Shown in pieces: positions 1 through 11,884 of a stretch of DNA of 64,000 nucleotides (position 1 is the stretch's first letter; every line of letters begins with the position of its first letter). Below the pieces are notes generated by a model. The model saw nothing but the letters and a program-made list of their open reading frames with translations, searched no databases and was not told the origin of the DNA. A program made the translations under genes and the position numbers. Source of the stretch: Candidatus Kerfeldbacteria bacterium (GTDB lineage: Bacteria > Patescibacteriota > Patescibacteriia > SBBC01 > CAIJZX01); contig CAIJZX010000028.1 in assembly GCA_903825245.1 (NCBI GenBank), forward strand, positions 1,106-65,105. Reading direction: 5' to 3'.

Positions 1-2
1 CC

Positions 3-1487
3 AACGTCAACCTTGAACTCTTTCATTCGCAAGATTGGACGAAGTTAACGTATTTTGGGGTAAACTTTCTGGAAAAACCGCCACTGCAGTTTTGGTTAAC
101 GTACCCGCTCTTCGGAATATTCGGCGCAAACGAATTTTCGGTTCGGTTTTGGTCGGTGGCGGCCGGGATTGGTACAGCACTGTTGATTGGTCTGTGGTCA
201 TGGCGGGCATCTCAGAAAAAAATCATTGCCTTGTTGGCGCCCGCGATGTTTATCCTCGGTCGTTTTGCCCTCATTCATGCTTTTCGCACCGGCGACCTGG
301 ACGGCTTACTGACGTTTTTTGTGACGCTGGCGATGTACGGATATTGGCGAGCTAGTGCGCTTACGCACAATGGTCGGTGGATGCTGGTGTGGGGGATGGC
401 GAGCGCCGCCGCCATTATGACAAAGTCACTCGCCGGATTGATACCGGTGATTGTCGTTGGCATCGATGTACTAATCACACGAGGCTGGAAGAAAATTGGA
501 TGGGGGAATATCGCCTGGGGTGTTGGTGCGTTTGTTGTTCTGGTAACACCGTGGCACATGGTTGAAGCACAGCGCTTCGGCAATGCCTTTTGGGATAGCT
601 ATCTTGGCCGTCACGTTCTTGATCGTACCAGCGAAGCGTTATTTAATACCACGTCGTGGACATATTACTTTGGCATTATTCGCGACCGCTTCTTTCCATT
701 CAGCTATCTATTGCCAATTGCGATAATTTCCGGCGTTTGGAGAATGTGGAAACGCGACGGCACATTGGAACGACAATTACTGTTGTGGATTATCACGGTG
801 TTCGCTATTTTCACCTACATTCAAACGCGGCGTGAGTGGTATGTATTGACCCTCTATCCTGCGGCGGTTATGTTGGTCGCATTATCTATACAACAATGGT
901 GGCACGCAACGTGGAAACCGTGGGTGTATGCTGTAGCTACAGTGTGTTGCATCGCGCTCTTCGCCTACATCCCGCAGGATCACTTCTTTTTACTACTCCT
1001 GCAACGTTTTCCCGGAGTAAACGTATTGACGAAAGGAATTTGGCAAAAGAATATTGGACAGCTGATCTTTGGAGTCGCGGCGGCATTATTTGTCTTTGTC
1101 ATTTCATGGTTATTGAGAACGAAACGATTCACACTGTCGAAACGACTGATGCTGACGACGGGCGGTGTAATGTTTTTACTGGTCGGACTTTGGACGATAC
1201 AATATCTTCGTTCGCAACCAACAACACTCCCGTTGAAAACTATCGCGGCCCGCATCGCTAAGGAAAATCCGGAGAATATCCAACTCATCGGCACGAAACT
1301 CAAAAAACAACCAGCCGGCTATTTCTATATTTTGCGGCTTGATACACATAGCATCGAATATCCGCCGCAAACCGATCCGCGCACGCCATTGGTACTCACC
1401 ACAAACGAAGCTTTGAATGCCCCTTTGAATACTGAGGGGAAAGTTCTGGTGCATGCCGGGGTATTTGATTTGATAGATATGCGGTAG
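3..1487 (+). CDS. ArnT/PMT-family (GT-C) membrane glycosyltransferase, 5'-truncated by the window edge
   Basis: Frame is open from base 3 (…FLEKPPLQFWL…EFSVRF, typical ArnT EKPPL motif); many TM helices. Confidence 0.8.
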   Translation, partial: NVNLELFHSQDWTKLTYFGVNFLEKPPLQFWLTYPLFGIFGANEFSVRFWSVAAGIGTALLIGLWSWRASQKKIIALLAPAMFILGRFALIHAFRTGDLDGLLTFFVTLAMYGYWRASALTHNGRWMLVWGMASAAAIMTKSLAGLIPVIVVGIDVLITRGWKKIGWGNIAWGVGAFVVLVTPWHMVEAQRFGNAFWDSYLGRHVLDRTSEALFNTTSWTYYFGIIRDRFFPFSYLLPIAIISGVWRMWKRDGTLERQLLLWIITVFAIFTYIQTRREWYVLTLYPAAVMLVALSIQQWWHATWKPWVYAVATVCCIALFAYIPQDHFFLLLLQRFPGVNVLTKGIWQKNIGQLIFGVAAALFVFVISWLLRTKRFTLSKRLMLTTGGVMFLLVGLWTIQYLRSQPTTLPLKTIAARIAKENPENIQLIGTKLKKQPAGYFYILRLDTHSIEYPPQTDPRTPLVLTTNEALNAPLNTEGKVLVHAGVFDLIDMR

Positions 1488-1518
1488 GTCAATGTAGGAA
1501 AAGAAAAACTTCATCGGC

Positions 1519-1893
1519 TTACGATGAAGTGGTTGATCGTTCGGCAGCCTTACGCTTTTCTTTATTGTAATACGCACTGAGCGTATCGGCGACATCATAT
1601 TCGATGCAGCCGTCAGGGTACACCCGACAACGCACGGGACTGCCGCTGGCGGTGCAGATATCCCACTCTCGAGGCAGAAACTCTACCTCGATGAGCTTGA
1701 CGATAGCCGAGGGCCAAAAGAGGAAGACGAGTCCGAAACAGGTACGGTCGATTTGGACGGCGTGTTTGATCATCGCTGACCACAGGGGCAGCATAGCCAG
1801 GTTGATGATCCAGAACAGAATTGTCAGGACTAGCAGCAATGTCTCTCGTCGATCTCTTCGTCCGATCCAAGGATATTTCTCAGTTTCCTTCAT
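1519..1893 (-). CDS. hypothetical membrane protein
   Basis: Two hydrophobic segments; ATGA overlap with the upstream small gene. Confidence 0.5.
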   Translation of the reverse strand: MKETEKYPWIGRRDRRETLLLVLTILFWIINLAMLPLWSAMIKHAVQIDRTCFGLVFLFWPSAIVKLIEVEFLPREWDICTASGSPVRCRVYPDGCIEYDVADTLSAYYNKEKRKAAERSTTSS

Positions 1894-2093
1894 GGAGTCC
1901 CTTTCGGTGCCTTTGGCAGTCGTTCACTCAGGAACTTCGTGAACATCATCGCGCTCAGCAGGATGCCAAGCGAACTGAAGACAAAGTCTTCGAGATGATC
2001 AGGGCGTGAGGGAATTTTCGCCATCCAGGAATAGGCGATCAGGACGAGAAGAAAACATCCCGAAAGTATTGCCCGACGATAGAGTGGGCTCAT
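1890..2093 (-). CDS. small two-TM hypothetical protein
   Basis: GGAGG SD before ATG 2093; consensus promoter upstream. Confidence 0.55.
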   Translation of the reverse strand: MSPLYRRAILSGCFLLVLIAYSWMAKIPSRPDHLEDFVFSSLGILLSAMMFTKFLSERLPKAPKGTP

Positions 2094-2130
2094 ATTTCCT
2101 CCAATGGAAAGGGCAAACTTCGATAGGACG

Positions 2131-2159
2131 AGTCTACAACTGGTGCCGATTTTTGTCAA
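2131..2159 (-). promoter_or_regulatory. sigma70 promoter
   Basis: TTGACA-N17-TAGACT on the minus strand. Confidence 0.65.
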
Positions 2160-2258
2160 AAGAAAGTAAATTCATCAAGTCGCTCCTCTCCGTCGTCCCG
2201 ACATCTGTCGGGGCTTCCTCCCCATCCCCTGAGTACAGGGGAGGCGTATCTTGACGAA

Positions 2259-2285
2259 TTAGCACTCCTTGCTGTAGACTGCTAA
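2259..2285 (+). promoter_or_regulatory. CIRCE element (HrcA operator) overlapping the groESL promoter
   Basis: TTAGCACTC-N9-GACTGCTAA, one mismatch to consensus; TTGACG at 2251 and TAGACT at 2275. Confidence 0.9.
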
Positions 2286-2350
2286 CTGTAAATACCGATG
2301 GTATTTAGAAGATTTATCGACATTTATTTCAGATTAACTAGCACCACGTC

Positions 2351-2462
2351 TATGTCCCGTTAGAAATTACTCGGGACAGATACTTACGACCAATCACAAT
2401 AGAGTCTAGAGAAAAACACCACTTCATCAATTTAACTTTATTTCATTAATTTCTAACGGGAT

Positions 2463-2465
<3 letters not shown>
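2351..2465 (+). repeat. long-range inverted repeat in the groES leader
   Basis: 2351-2369 TATGTCCCGTTAGAAATTA pairs with 2447-2465 TAATTTCTAACGGGATATG (15-bp perfect core, 19 bp with two G-U). Confidence 0.85.
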
Positions 2466-4411
<1,946 letters not shown>

Positions 4412-4440
4412 TTGAAAATTCTCGAGTAGAAGTTTATTTG

Positions 4441-4521
4441 ACAGCGCGGGTAGACTACCTCTACTCTGCGTGCACGCAGAGACCCCTCCTCAACTAAGGA
4501 GGGGTTTTGTGGCCGCGCTGT
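4441..4521. repeat. composite palindrome (REP-like) and probable groEL terminator
   Basis: ACAGCGCGG…CCGCGCTGT enclosing CTCTGCGTGCACGCAGAG and CCCCTCCTCAACTAAGGAGGGG followed by TTTT. Confidence 0.65.
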
Positions 4522-4586
4522 TTGTTTGCGCCACAAAAGCTTAAGAGCTATACTGTATTTGAAATATTAAACACTAATACACACCT

Positions 4587-5075
4587 ATGAACGACCTCCT
4601 GAGCATGATGAACAACTATTTAAACGTTCTTTGGTTTGTCCTGTTGATCGGTATGGTGCGCAACATAATTCAAGAACGTGAATTTGTGTTGAGTTGGTTT
4701 CACCACCCAAGAATTGGTAAACATACCGGAGTTAATAGTAAAGAACAGCAACACCGTCGAATGCGAAACCTGCTCTACACACTCGGCGGCGTCTTGATGG
4801 TGCTCATGGCGTGGGCGATGGTGATTACCCTGGCTCGATATTTCTATGGCGTGACAAACATCGCCTTTGCCGGGCATTCGCCGAGCAATATGTTTACGCC
4901 GTTCCGGAATAGTGTCGGTGACTTTGCTGTCCTGGGCGTGATCGGATTTATTATGGCCGGTACGTGTTTTACGCTTTCTGCCGGGGAGCGCTGGTTAGTG
5001 AATACCGGAAAATTATTAACCATCATCACCATTATCGGTTTAGCGTGGTTGTACGTTTTTGCGGCGCTGGGGTAG
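4587..5075 (+). CDS. hypothetical 4-TM membrane protein
   Basis: Hydrophobic segments; TATACT upstream; terminator downstream. Confidence 0.7.
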   Translation: MNDLLSMMNNYLNVLWFVLLIGMVRNIIQEREFVLSWFHHPRIGKHTGVNSKEQQHRRMRNLLYTLGGVLMVLMAWAMVITLARYFYGVTNIAFAGHSPSNMFTPFRNSVGDFAVLGVIGFIMAGTCFTLSAGERWLVNTGKLLTIITIIGLAWLYVFAALG

Positions 5076-5088
5076 GAAAATAATTACA

Positions 5089-5119
5089 ACAGCGCCGGTT
5101 TCGAAACCGGCGCTGTTTT
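5089..5119 (+). terminator. intrinsic terminator
   Basis: ACAGCGCCGGTT-TCGA-AACCGGCGCTGT followed by TTT. Confidence 0.8.
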
Positions 5120-5179
5120 GTGAAAACAAAAAACAAGAAAAGAACTTGATTTTTTCCTAAAAATATGCTATACTCCACC

Positions 5180-5290
5180 CATGCCCAGCACTACAATAAC
5201 TACCATAGCTTCATGCGGTGATTCTCGAAGTAGTACTGAGCTTCAACAGGTGATGGTCTTTCTTATTTCTTTATTGTAGTGCTGGGCATG
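5180..5290. repeat. perfect 20-bp inverted repeat bracketing 71 nt
   Basis: CATGCCCAGCACTACAATAA (5180-5199) and TTATTGTAGTGCTGGGCATG (5271-5290). Confidence 0.92.
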
Positions 5291-5701
5291 TCGGATTATC
5301 AAACGTTGCCGCCGACCCGAGCGATGATCGGGAAGTGGAGCGTTGATCGGTACATGGCGCTGATACGGCGTTGGATGTATGTCGGTGGCGGAATGGTCGC
5401 CATCCTGACACTAACATCGCAGGCGCGATGGATGACCATCGTCGTTGAAGCAGTTATTCTGCTGGCTATCGGTTGGATTGTTGTTCAACGGAGCGGCGGA
5501 AAGACGGAAAGCTTAGCCGCCGGTGCATTTGTCGGAATATTTCTCGGTCTCGCTAGTTCATTGTGTCATTACATTGTCGCACCGAACGTGGCCAACGGCA
5601 TCAGCATCATTATCGAAACACTCGTGACGGGATTGGCGGCGCCGCTCGTGGCCGTGACCGGAACGCTCATCGCAACAATTATTCATCAACAAAAAAACTA
5701 A
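5288..5701 (+). CDS. hypothetical 4-TM membrane protein
   Basis: ATG 5288; hydrophobic; ends 11 nt before ppsA. Confidence 0.7.
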   Translation: MSDYQTLPPTRAMIGKWSVDRYMALIRRWMYVGGGMVAILTLTSQARWMTIVVEAVILLAIGWIVVQRSGGKTESLAAGAFVGIFLGLASSLCHYIVAPNVANGISIIIETLVTGLAAPLVAVTGTLIATIIHQQKN

Positions 5702-5712
5702 CGCCTTACGCT

Positions 5713-8109
5713 ATGCCTACACCGCGCAGTAAACAGTTCGTCTTGTGGTTCAATGAGCTTGGAATTAAGGATGTGCCGCTCGTCGGCGGAAAGAACGCCT
5801 CGTTAGGCGAAATGTATCGGACGCTGACGCAGAAAGGCGTACGCATTCCGAACGGCTTCGCGGTTACCGCCGCATCGTATTTTTATTTCCTGAAAACGAC
5901 GGGCATCAAGCAGGAAATAAAGAAAATATTAAAAGATCTCGATACCTCAGACATGAAAAATTTGTCTGAGCGCGGTGAAAAAGTGCGGCAAACGATCCTT
6001 GATGCGGAACTACCGGCGGATTTGAAGCGCACGATCGTCACCAATTACCGAAAATTGGAAAAAGAGTTTTTCAAAGGCGTTGATGTCGCCGTTCGCTCGT
6101 CAGCGACGGCCGAAGACTTACCCGATGCATCGTTTGCTGGCCAACAGGAAACGTATTTGAATATTCGTGGGGAAGCGGATTTACTGCTGGCCGTAAAAAA
6201 GTGTTTCTCGTCGCTGTTTACGAATCGCGCTATTTCCTACCGCCACGACAAAGGATTTGATCATTTCTCGATCGGTCTCAGCGCGGCGGTGCAGAAAATG
6301 GTGCGTTCGGATAAAGCCTGTTCCGGCGTCATGTTCTCGATTGATACCGAATCTGGTTTCCGCGACGCCGTACTGTTAACCGGCTCCTATGGACTCGGTG
6401 AAAACATCGTCCTCGGCCGCGTTAATCCGGACGAGTTCTATGTCTTTAAGCCGACCTTAGCCGAAGGCAAGCAGGCGATTCTGACGCACAAGCTCGGCGA
6501 TAAGTTGATTAAGATGGTCTACACCGGCGACCATACGCATCCGACGAAAAATATTCCGGTGCCGCCGTCCGATCGCACGAAATTTATTTTGAATGATAAA
6601 GAAATCGAGCAATTAGCCAAGTGGGCGGTGGTTATCGAACAGCACTACGGTAAGCCGATGGATATGGAATGGGCGAAGGACGGCCGTTCGAAGCACCTGT
6701 TCATCGTTCAGGCTCGTCCGGAAACCGTGCACTCGCATGAAAAGAAAGACGTGCTCGAAGAGTACATTCTTGCGCCGCACAAAGCCAAGACGCTCGTAAC
6801 CGGCGCGCCGGTCGGTTCGAAAATCGGCGGCGGAAAAGCACATATCATTCTCGAAGCGGCGCAAATCAACCAATTTAAAGCCGGCGAAGTCCTGGTGACG
6901 GACATGACCGACCCGGATTGGGAGCCGATCATGAAAATCGCTTCGGCGATTGTCACTAACCGCGGCGGTCGCACCTGCCACGCCGCGATCATCGCCCGCG
7001 AGCTCGGTATTCCGGCGATGGTTGGAACGAAAAACGCCACGAAAGCCATCAAGACCGGACAAGACGTGACGGTCAGTTGTGCTGAAGGCGCAAGCGGCGC
7101 GGTCTACGAAGGACTGTTGAAGTACAAGGTCGTCACGCACAACTTGAAAGCGTTGAAGCGCCCGCCGGTGAAGATTATGATGAACATTGGTAATCCGGAT
7201 CAAGCCTTTGCCCAAAGCCTTATTCCGAACGATGGCGTCGGATTAGCCCGAGAAGAGTTCATCACGGCGTCGTGGATCGGCATTCACCCAATGGCGCTCA
7301 TTAAGTATCCGCGCTTGAAAGATAAAAAAGCCAAGAAACTGATTGATGAAAAAACAATCGGCTACAAAGACAAGACGAAATTCTACGTCGATACAATGGC
7401 GTCAGGTGTGGCCATGATTGCTGCGGCGTTCTACCCGAAAGATGTGATTTTACGCTTAGCTGACTTTAAATCGAATGAATATTCGACGCTCATTGGCGGT
7501 AAAGAATTTGAACCGGTGGAAAGTAACCCGATGATGGGTTGGCGTGGCGCAGCTCGCTACTATAGCGATGCCTATCTCGAAGCGTTTAAACTTGAATTGA
7601 AGGCGATGGTCAAGGTGCGGGAGAAAATGGGACTGACAAACTTAAAGTTGATGATTCCGATGTGCCGCACGACCGACGAAGCGCACAAGGTGCTGAAAAT
7701 TATGGCGGAGAACGGTTTAGTACAGGGAAAAAATGGACTGCAAGTTTACGTCATGGTCGAAGTTCCGTCGAATGTTATTCTGATTGAAGAATTCGCCAAA
7801 ATTTTCGACGGTTTCTCGATTGGTTCGAATGATTTAACGCAATTCACCTTAGCCGCCGACCGCGATTCGGAGCTTGTCAGTCATGTCTACAATGAACACA
7901 ATCCAGCAGCGATGTGGATGTTCTCGCACGCGATTCAAGGCGCCAAAACCGCTAAGCGAAAAATCGGATTCTGCGGCCAAGCGCCGTCTGATTATCCGGA
8001 CATTGCGCTCTTCCTGGCCGAACAAGGCATTGATTCCATCTCGCTCAACCCGGATACGGTCTTGAAGACGACGATGATGTTGAACGAGAAACTGCACCAC
8101 AAGAAATAA
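5713..8109 (+). CDS. ppsA: phosphoenolpyruvate synthase
   Basis: VGGKNASLGEM, VAVRSSATAEDLPDASFAGQQET, GGRTCHAAIIARELG, SIGSNDLTQ; start moved to ATG 5713. Confidence 0.97.
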   Translation: MPTPRSKQFVLWFNELGIKDVPLVGGKNASLGEMYRTLTQKGVRIPNGFAVTAASYFYFLKTTGIKQEIKKILKDLDTSDMKNLSERGEKVRQTILDAELPADLKRTIVTNYRKLEKEFFKGVDVAVRSSATAEDLPDASFAGQQETYLNIRGEADLLLAVKKCFSSLFTNRAISYRHDKGFDHFSIGLSAAVQKMVRSDKACSGVMFSIDTESGFRDAVLLTGSYGLGENIVLGRVNPDEFYVFKPTLAEGKQAILTHKLGDKLIKMVYTGDHTHPTKNIPVPPSDRTKFILNDKEIEQLAKWAVVIEQHYGKPMDMEWAKDGRSKHLFIVQARPETVHSHEKKDVLEEYILAPHKAKTLVTGAPVGSKIGGGKAHIILEAAQINQFKAGEVLVTDMTDPDWEPIMKIASAIVTNRGGRTCHAAIIARELGIPAMVGTKNATKAIKTGQDVTVSCAEGASGAVYEGLLKYKVVTHNLKALKRPPVKIMMNIGNPDQAFAQSLIPNDGVGLAREEFITASWIGIHPMALIKYPRLKDKKAKKLIDEKTIGYKDKTKFYVDTMASGVAMIAAAFYPKDVILRLADFKSNEYSTLIGGKEFEPVESNPMMGWRGAARYYSDAYLEAFKLELKAMVKVREKMGLTNLKLMIPMCRTTDEAHKVLKIMAENGLVQGKNGLQVYVMVEVPSNVILIEEFAKIFDGFSIGSNDLTQFTLAADRDSELVSHVYNEHNPAAMWMFSHAIQGAKTAKRKIGFCGQAPSDYPDIALFLAEQGIDSISLNPDTVLKTTMMLNEKLHHKK

Positions 8110-8115
8110 CGACTA

Positions 8116-10263
8116 ATGTCGGAACCACGAACAACGTATATTGGCCTGGCGATCATCATCGCCGGGCTCGTGGTATACGGCGGACTTCAGATTCAACAGC
8201 TTACTCCGGTAGCCCATAGTGCTGCTGTCCAGACGGTTCCGCCGTCGAACAATTGGGCGTTCCCGCACACGACGTTGTATGGCGGGGGTTCTTCATCGGG
8301 TTGGCCGTTCACCGGAAATGAAAGCGATCTCCAGGCACCAATCGGTGCACCGTTGAATCCGACGGTGATCGCCGACTATGCCCGTTTTCCAATGATCATC
8401 ATCCCGATCACGCCATCAGGGGATACGCGTCCGGATATTCTTGCCGCTCTGCGTCAACAAAATCCGCAACAGAAAATATTCGCCTATGTCCATGCGACGG
8501 GAATATGGTGTCCAGCTGATTCGAGCAATAACAACTCCTATCCAATGAACGGATTTTATCGTCAAGAATATCTCGACGCGACGTTTGGTGATCCGAGTTG
8601 TGCCTCAAAAAGTAGTGGTCTTCTTTGGATGCAGGATGGAACATCAGCCACTAATAATCTGAATGGCGCTGGAATGAATATGAACTTGGCGCATCGTATC
8701 GATCTCGGCGGCGGTAATTACCAATACGATGTGGCCGATGCGTTGGCGACTACAGCAGCTACATATGCTATTCAATCCCATAACTACGATGGGTTGTTTC
8801 TCGATGTCTTTTGCCCGGACATACAGTGGATGGATCCGATTGATCCAAATCAACCTTACGTTTCGCCGACGAATTTCGACTATGTTAAAGCTGGGTATGG
8901 CGTAGATAAAGATGCCAATGGAAAGTATATTAACGACCAGGCAAGCCATGATGCGTTTCACGCTGGTTGGCAAGCGGGTCAGCAAGCATATACTGAGAAG
9001 CTTCGTGCGTTAGCAATTGCCAACGGACAACCAAACTACCCGATAAGCGGAAACTGTGCTCAGGCGCCGACTCGGCTCCAGCCATATCTGAACGGGTGGA
9101 TGCGCGAAGGCTTTCCGTTCCAAAACTGGTACGCCGGTGCGGCAAATTTCTACTCGAATATGCTGGCTTGGCCATGGGGGTACCTGCACCAAGATCAAGA
9201 TTTTCTCTCGCCGCAATATAATTTTATCTTTACGCCAGCTACCTCGGACTATAAAGACAGTAATGGGATTCCAGTCTACAGTCCATATAGCGTTACCAAT
9301 CAACGGAAAATGCGCTACGGCCTGGGAAGCGCCTCTCTAGGGAATGGCTCAGCTGAATTCCATGACAGCAGTGGTAATCCGGCCTACGGACTATGGTACC
9401 AATGGTGGTATGACGAATATGGTGTACGTACCGATCTGCCGCAAACTAATCCCGCCTTTGCCCAGGCGGTCAAGGATAGCCAACATACAACATGGCTCGG
9501 TATGCCGCTCGGCTCCGCCTACGCACAACCGTCGAATACATTCGCTACCATACCGAATATCCTCATCACCAATACAGGATTTGAAACGGCTGGCGCAGAC
9601 CCGTCGTCGATTCCCGCTTGGACATCGGTTATCAATTCTCAGTTTACGTCGAATACCATACACCGTGACTCCTCATCTGCGGGCGAAGGATTGGCCTCTG
9701 CACGAATTGATGTGGTAACCGTCGATCCGACGAACGCAAATCAGACCGCTTTGGAGACCGGTTCGTTTGCAATTGCCAATGGCCAAACATATACCATAAG
9801 TTTTAAAGCCAAAGCTTCAGCTTCGTTGCCGATCAATGTCAACCTCGGTTCGTACGTGGGTCAAACACTTCGAGCCGACACCGAGTGGCGGGAGTACCAA
9901 GCGGTGGTTACGACTGTGGTCGGTGAGCCAGCGGCGAGCGTAGAATTTGGATTCGCCCTTCAAGCGGGAACCTATTGGCTTGATGATGTACACGTCCAGG
10001 TCGGAGCATTGGGAGTTTGGCGTCGTGATTTTGAGCATGGCACGGTTCTGGTAAATCCAACGAATACGGCTCAGACGATACTTTTAGAAAAACCTTTCCA
10101 ACATATCCGCGGTACAGTTAACCCGACAGTAAATGATGGCTCGATAACCAGCCAAGTAACGATTGCCGGAACGGATTCCGGCGGCGGTGTCGGTGATGCA
10201 ATATTTCTCGTAGCCCGCGACCAAGTTGCACCAGCTGCAGTTACCAACCTTCAGGCGCCGTAA
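8116..10263 (+). CDS. membrane-anchored putative glycoside hydrolase (TIM barrel) with CBM4/9-like module
   Basis: N-terminal TM; YDGLFLD and GWMREGF; NTGFE…W CBM start; VWRRDFEHGTVLVNPT C-terminal motif. Confidence 0.6.
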   Translation: MSEPRTTYIGLAIIIAGLVVYGGLQIQQLTPVAHSAAVQTVPPSNNWAFPHTTLYGGGSSSGWPFTGNESDLQAPIGAPLNPTVIADYARFPMIIIPITPSGDTRPDILAALRQQNPQQKIFAYVHATGIWCPADSSNNNSYPMNGFYRQEYLDATFGDPSCASKSSGLLWMQDGTSATNNLNGAGMNMNLAHRIDLGGGNYQYDVADALATTAATYAIQSHNYDGLFLDVFCPDIQWMDPIDPNQPYVSPTNFDYVKAGYGVDKDANGKYINDQASHDAFHAGWQAGQQAYTEKLRALAIANGQPNYPISGNCAQAPTRLQPYLNGWMREGFPFQNWYAGAANFYSNMLAWPWGYLHQDQDFLSPQYNFIFTPATSDYKDSNGIPVYSPYSVTNQRKMRYGLGSASLGNGSAEFHDSSGNPAYGLWYQWWYDEYGVRTDLPQTNPAFAQAVKDSQHTTWLGMPLGSAYAQPSNTFATIPNILITNTGFETAGADPSSIPAWTSVINSQFTSNTIHRDSSSAGEGLASARIDVVTVDPTNANQTALETGSFAIANGQTYTISFKAKASASLPINVNLGSYVGQTLRADTEWREYQAVVTTVVGEPAASVEFGFALQAGTYWLDDVHVQVGALGVWRRDFEHGTVLVNPTNTAQTILLEKPFQHIRGTVNPTVNDGSITSQVTIAGTDSGGGVGDAIFLVARDQVAPAAVTNLQAP

Positions 10264-10412
10264 GAGTTGACATGCCATCATCGGAGGAGTATGTTGCTCC
10301 TACGCACTTTTTGGTTTTAACTGCAGGTCGCTTACCACCCGTGGAGGATCAGACTTCGTCTGCTGTCACTTTGATCACGATGATCAACGATTGGCCTACG
10401 AGGAATTGTCCA

Positions 10413-10727
10413 ATGGATCAGTCGCCGCAGATTCGGACGCTGGATGAAGCCGTGACGGTTGCCAACCTTCGTCTGGTACTCAACGAGCATCTGTCGCTCA
10501 CGAGCGCTCAGCTGGAAGAGCTGAGCTCGAACGAAGCGTTCATCAGTCTGGCCATGTCCAAGCTGGACGGCGCAGACGTGAATCAGGCCGAATTGGCCGA
10601 GACGAAGAAGCGCTGTATCACACTCGTGTCCAGCCGCAATCTGGCCAAGTCCGGATCTGCCTGCTGTGCGATCAAGAAGATTGAAGCCGATCTGACTACC
10701 TACGCCGAGGTCCTGCTCTCGAGCTAA
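10413..10727 (+). CDS. hypothetical protein
   Basis: TTGACA-N17-TATGTT at 10268; GAGGA SD; hairpin terminator after the stop. Confidence 0.55.
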   Translation: MDQSPQIRTLDEAVTVANLRLVLNEHLSLTSAQLEELSSNEAFISLAMSKLDGADVNQAELAETKKRCITLVSSRNLAKSGSACCAIKKIEADLTTYAEVLLSS

Positions 10728-10766
10728 CCTCACCGCACTCCCGCTATTTCTGAACGGGAGTTTTTC

Positions 10767-11330
10767 TTATTCCGCGTTCATCAATTCCACTAACTTCCTA
10801 ACCGTATTAATATTCCGCGCAGTCATGTGTTTGTAGACCCGCGTGCCGATGAACTTGTGCATGCCGCTTTTGTTGTAAAACTTGCGATCAACGTGCCACA
10901 CGATTGCTCCGGGGCAGTATGAGAGTTCGTCGACGTCCGGATTCTGGATGATTTCTTTGAGTGTTTCCTTCCTATCAACTTCATCCCACAGAAATAGCAC
11001 ATCGGTTTTCTGATCGGCGTCGTTTTGCCACTTACTGGGAACCGCTTTCACAATCGCGGCGATGCTTTGTTCATCACGAATCACCACCGGAATCACAAAG
11101 GAAAAAGCCTTATCCAATCCGGTGCGAATGAGTGTGAGAATGGTTTCTGTTTTTTTATCTGTAGTAAACAACACATTGCCAGAATTGATATAAGTTGAGA
11201 TCTGGCTAAAACCGAGCGACAGAAATAGCTCCCGAAGTTTTTTCATTTCCACTCGGCTATTTCCACCGACGTTAATTCCGCGTAGAAGGGCGACGTAGGT
11301 CGTTTGTTGTTTCACTGTTTTGGTTGGCAT
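10767..11330 (-). CDS. DUF1697 family protein
   Basis: YVALLRGINVGG, TYINSGNV, TARNINTVRKL. Confidence 0.93.
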   Translation of the reverse strand: MPTKTVKQQTTYVALLRGINVGGNSRVEMKKLRELFLSLGFSQISTYINSGNVLFTTDKKTETILTLIRTGLDKAFSFVIPVVIRDEQSIAAIVKAVPSKWQNDADQKTDVLFLWDEVDRKETLKEIIQNPDVDELSYCPGAIVWHVDRKFYNKSGMHKFIGTRVYKHMTARNINTVRKLVELMNAE

Positions 11331-11399
11331 GAAGCGCAGTATAGCAAGGAGCTCTCTCTTTTCAAAATCACGTCAATCTGGTAGGGTAAGTCCTGCATT

Positions 11400-11487
11400 G
11401 GAGGGTTCGCATAGTGGCCTAGTGCATACGCTTGGAAAGCGTACATACCGCAAGGTATCGAGAGTTCGAATCTCTCACCCTCCGCCA
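11400..11487 (+). tRNA. tRNA-Ser(GGA)
   Basis: Cloverleaf; TACGC-TTGGAAA-GCGTA anticodon arm; long variable arm; encoded CCA. Confidence 0.97.
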
Positions 11488-11729
11488 ATACAATCTTTTA
11501 TCGGAGCCGACCCACGTGGCTCAAGCGGTAGCAGGTTGCATTGGCACATATATACCCAACCCCTTGTCGGAGTACCCGACGAGGGGTTCTATGTTTTTAC
11601 TTCATTTAGATAAAAGGTGACCACTGCGCCTAAAGTGGAGTGGCGTCAATGTTCGAATAAGAAAAATACCCCACGAGCTAATTGCTCTTGTGGGGTATGA
11701 GGGAACCGACTGTTGGAGACCTGTTAAGC

Positions 11730-11876
11730 TCAGATGCAAGGTCCTTCGCTGATGATGCCACATCGCTTGCAGGGTAGCCGTGCGACATTGAGCTTCACCG
11801 TTCCTGAGGCAGGATCCCAGTCGTGGCCGAGTACTGCGCAGACGAAGCTGCGCCACAACTGCCTGAGAAAGTGCAT
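11730..11876 (-). CDS. 48-aa Cys/His zinc-finger-like protein (DUF1660-like), absent from the ORF track
   Basis: AGGAGG SD; MHFLRQLWRSFVCAVLGHDW…CKRCG; terminator hairpin at ~11666-11698. Confidence 0.65.
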   Translation of the reverse strand: MHFLRQLWRSFVCAVLGHDWDPASGTVKLNVARLPCKRCGIISEGPCI

Positions 11877-11884
11877 TGCGCCTC

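Noticed and set aside
2352-2386. Degenerate duplicate of the groES start
   Set aside because: Resemblance to an LKPLGDRVL-type start needs several indels; not supportable.
5563-5712. N-terminal extension of PpsA
   Set aside because: Overlaps the upstream membrane gene; ATG 5713 gives a normal PpsA start.
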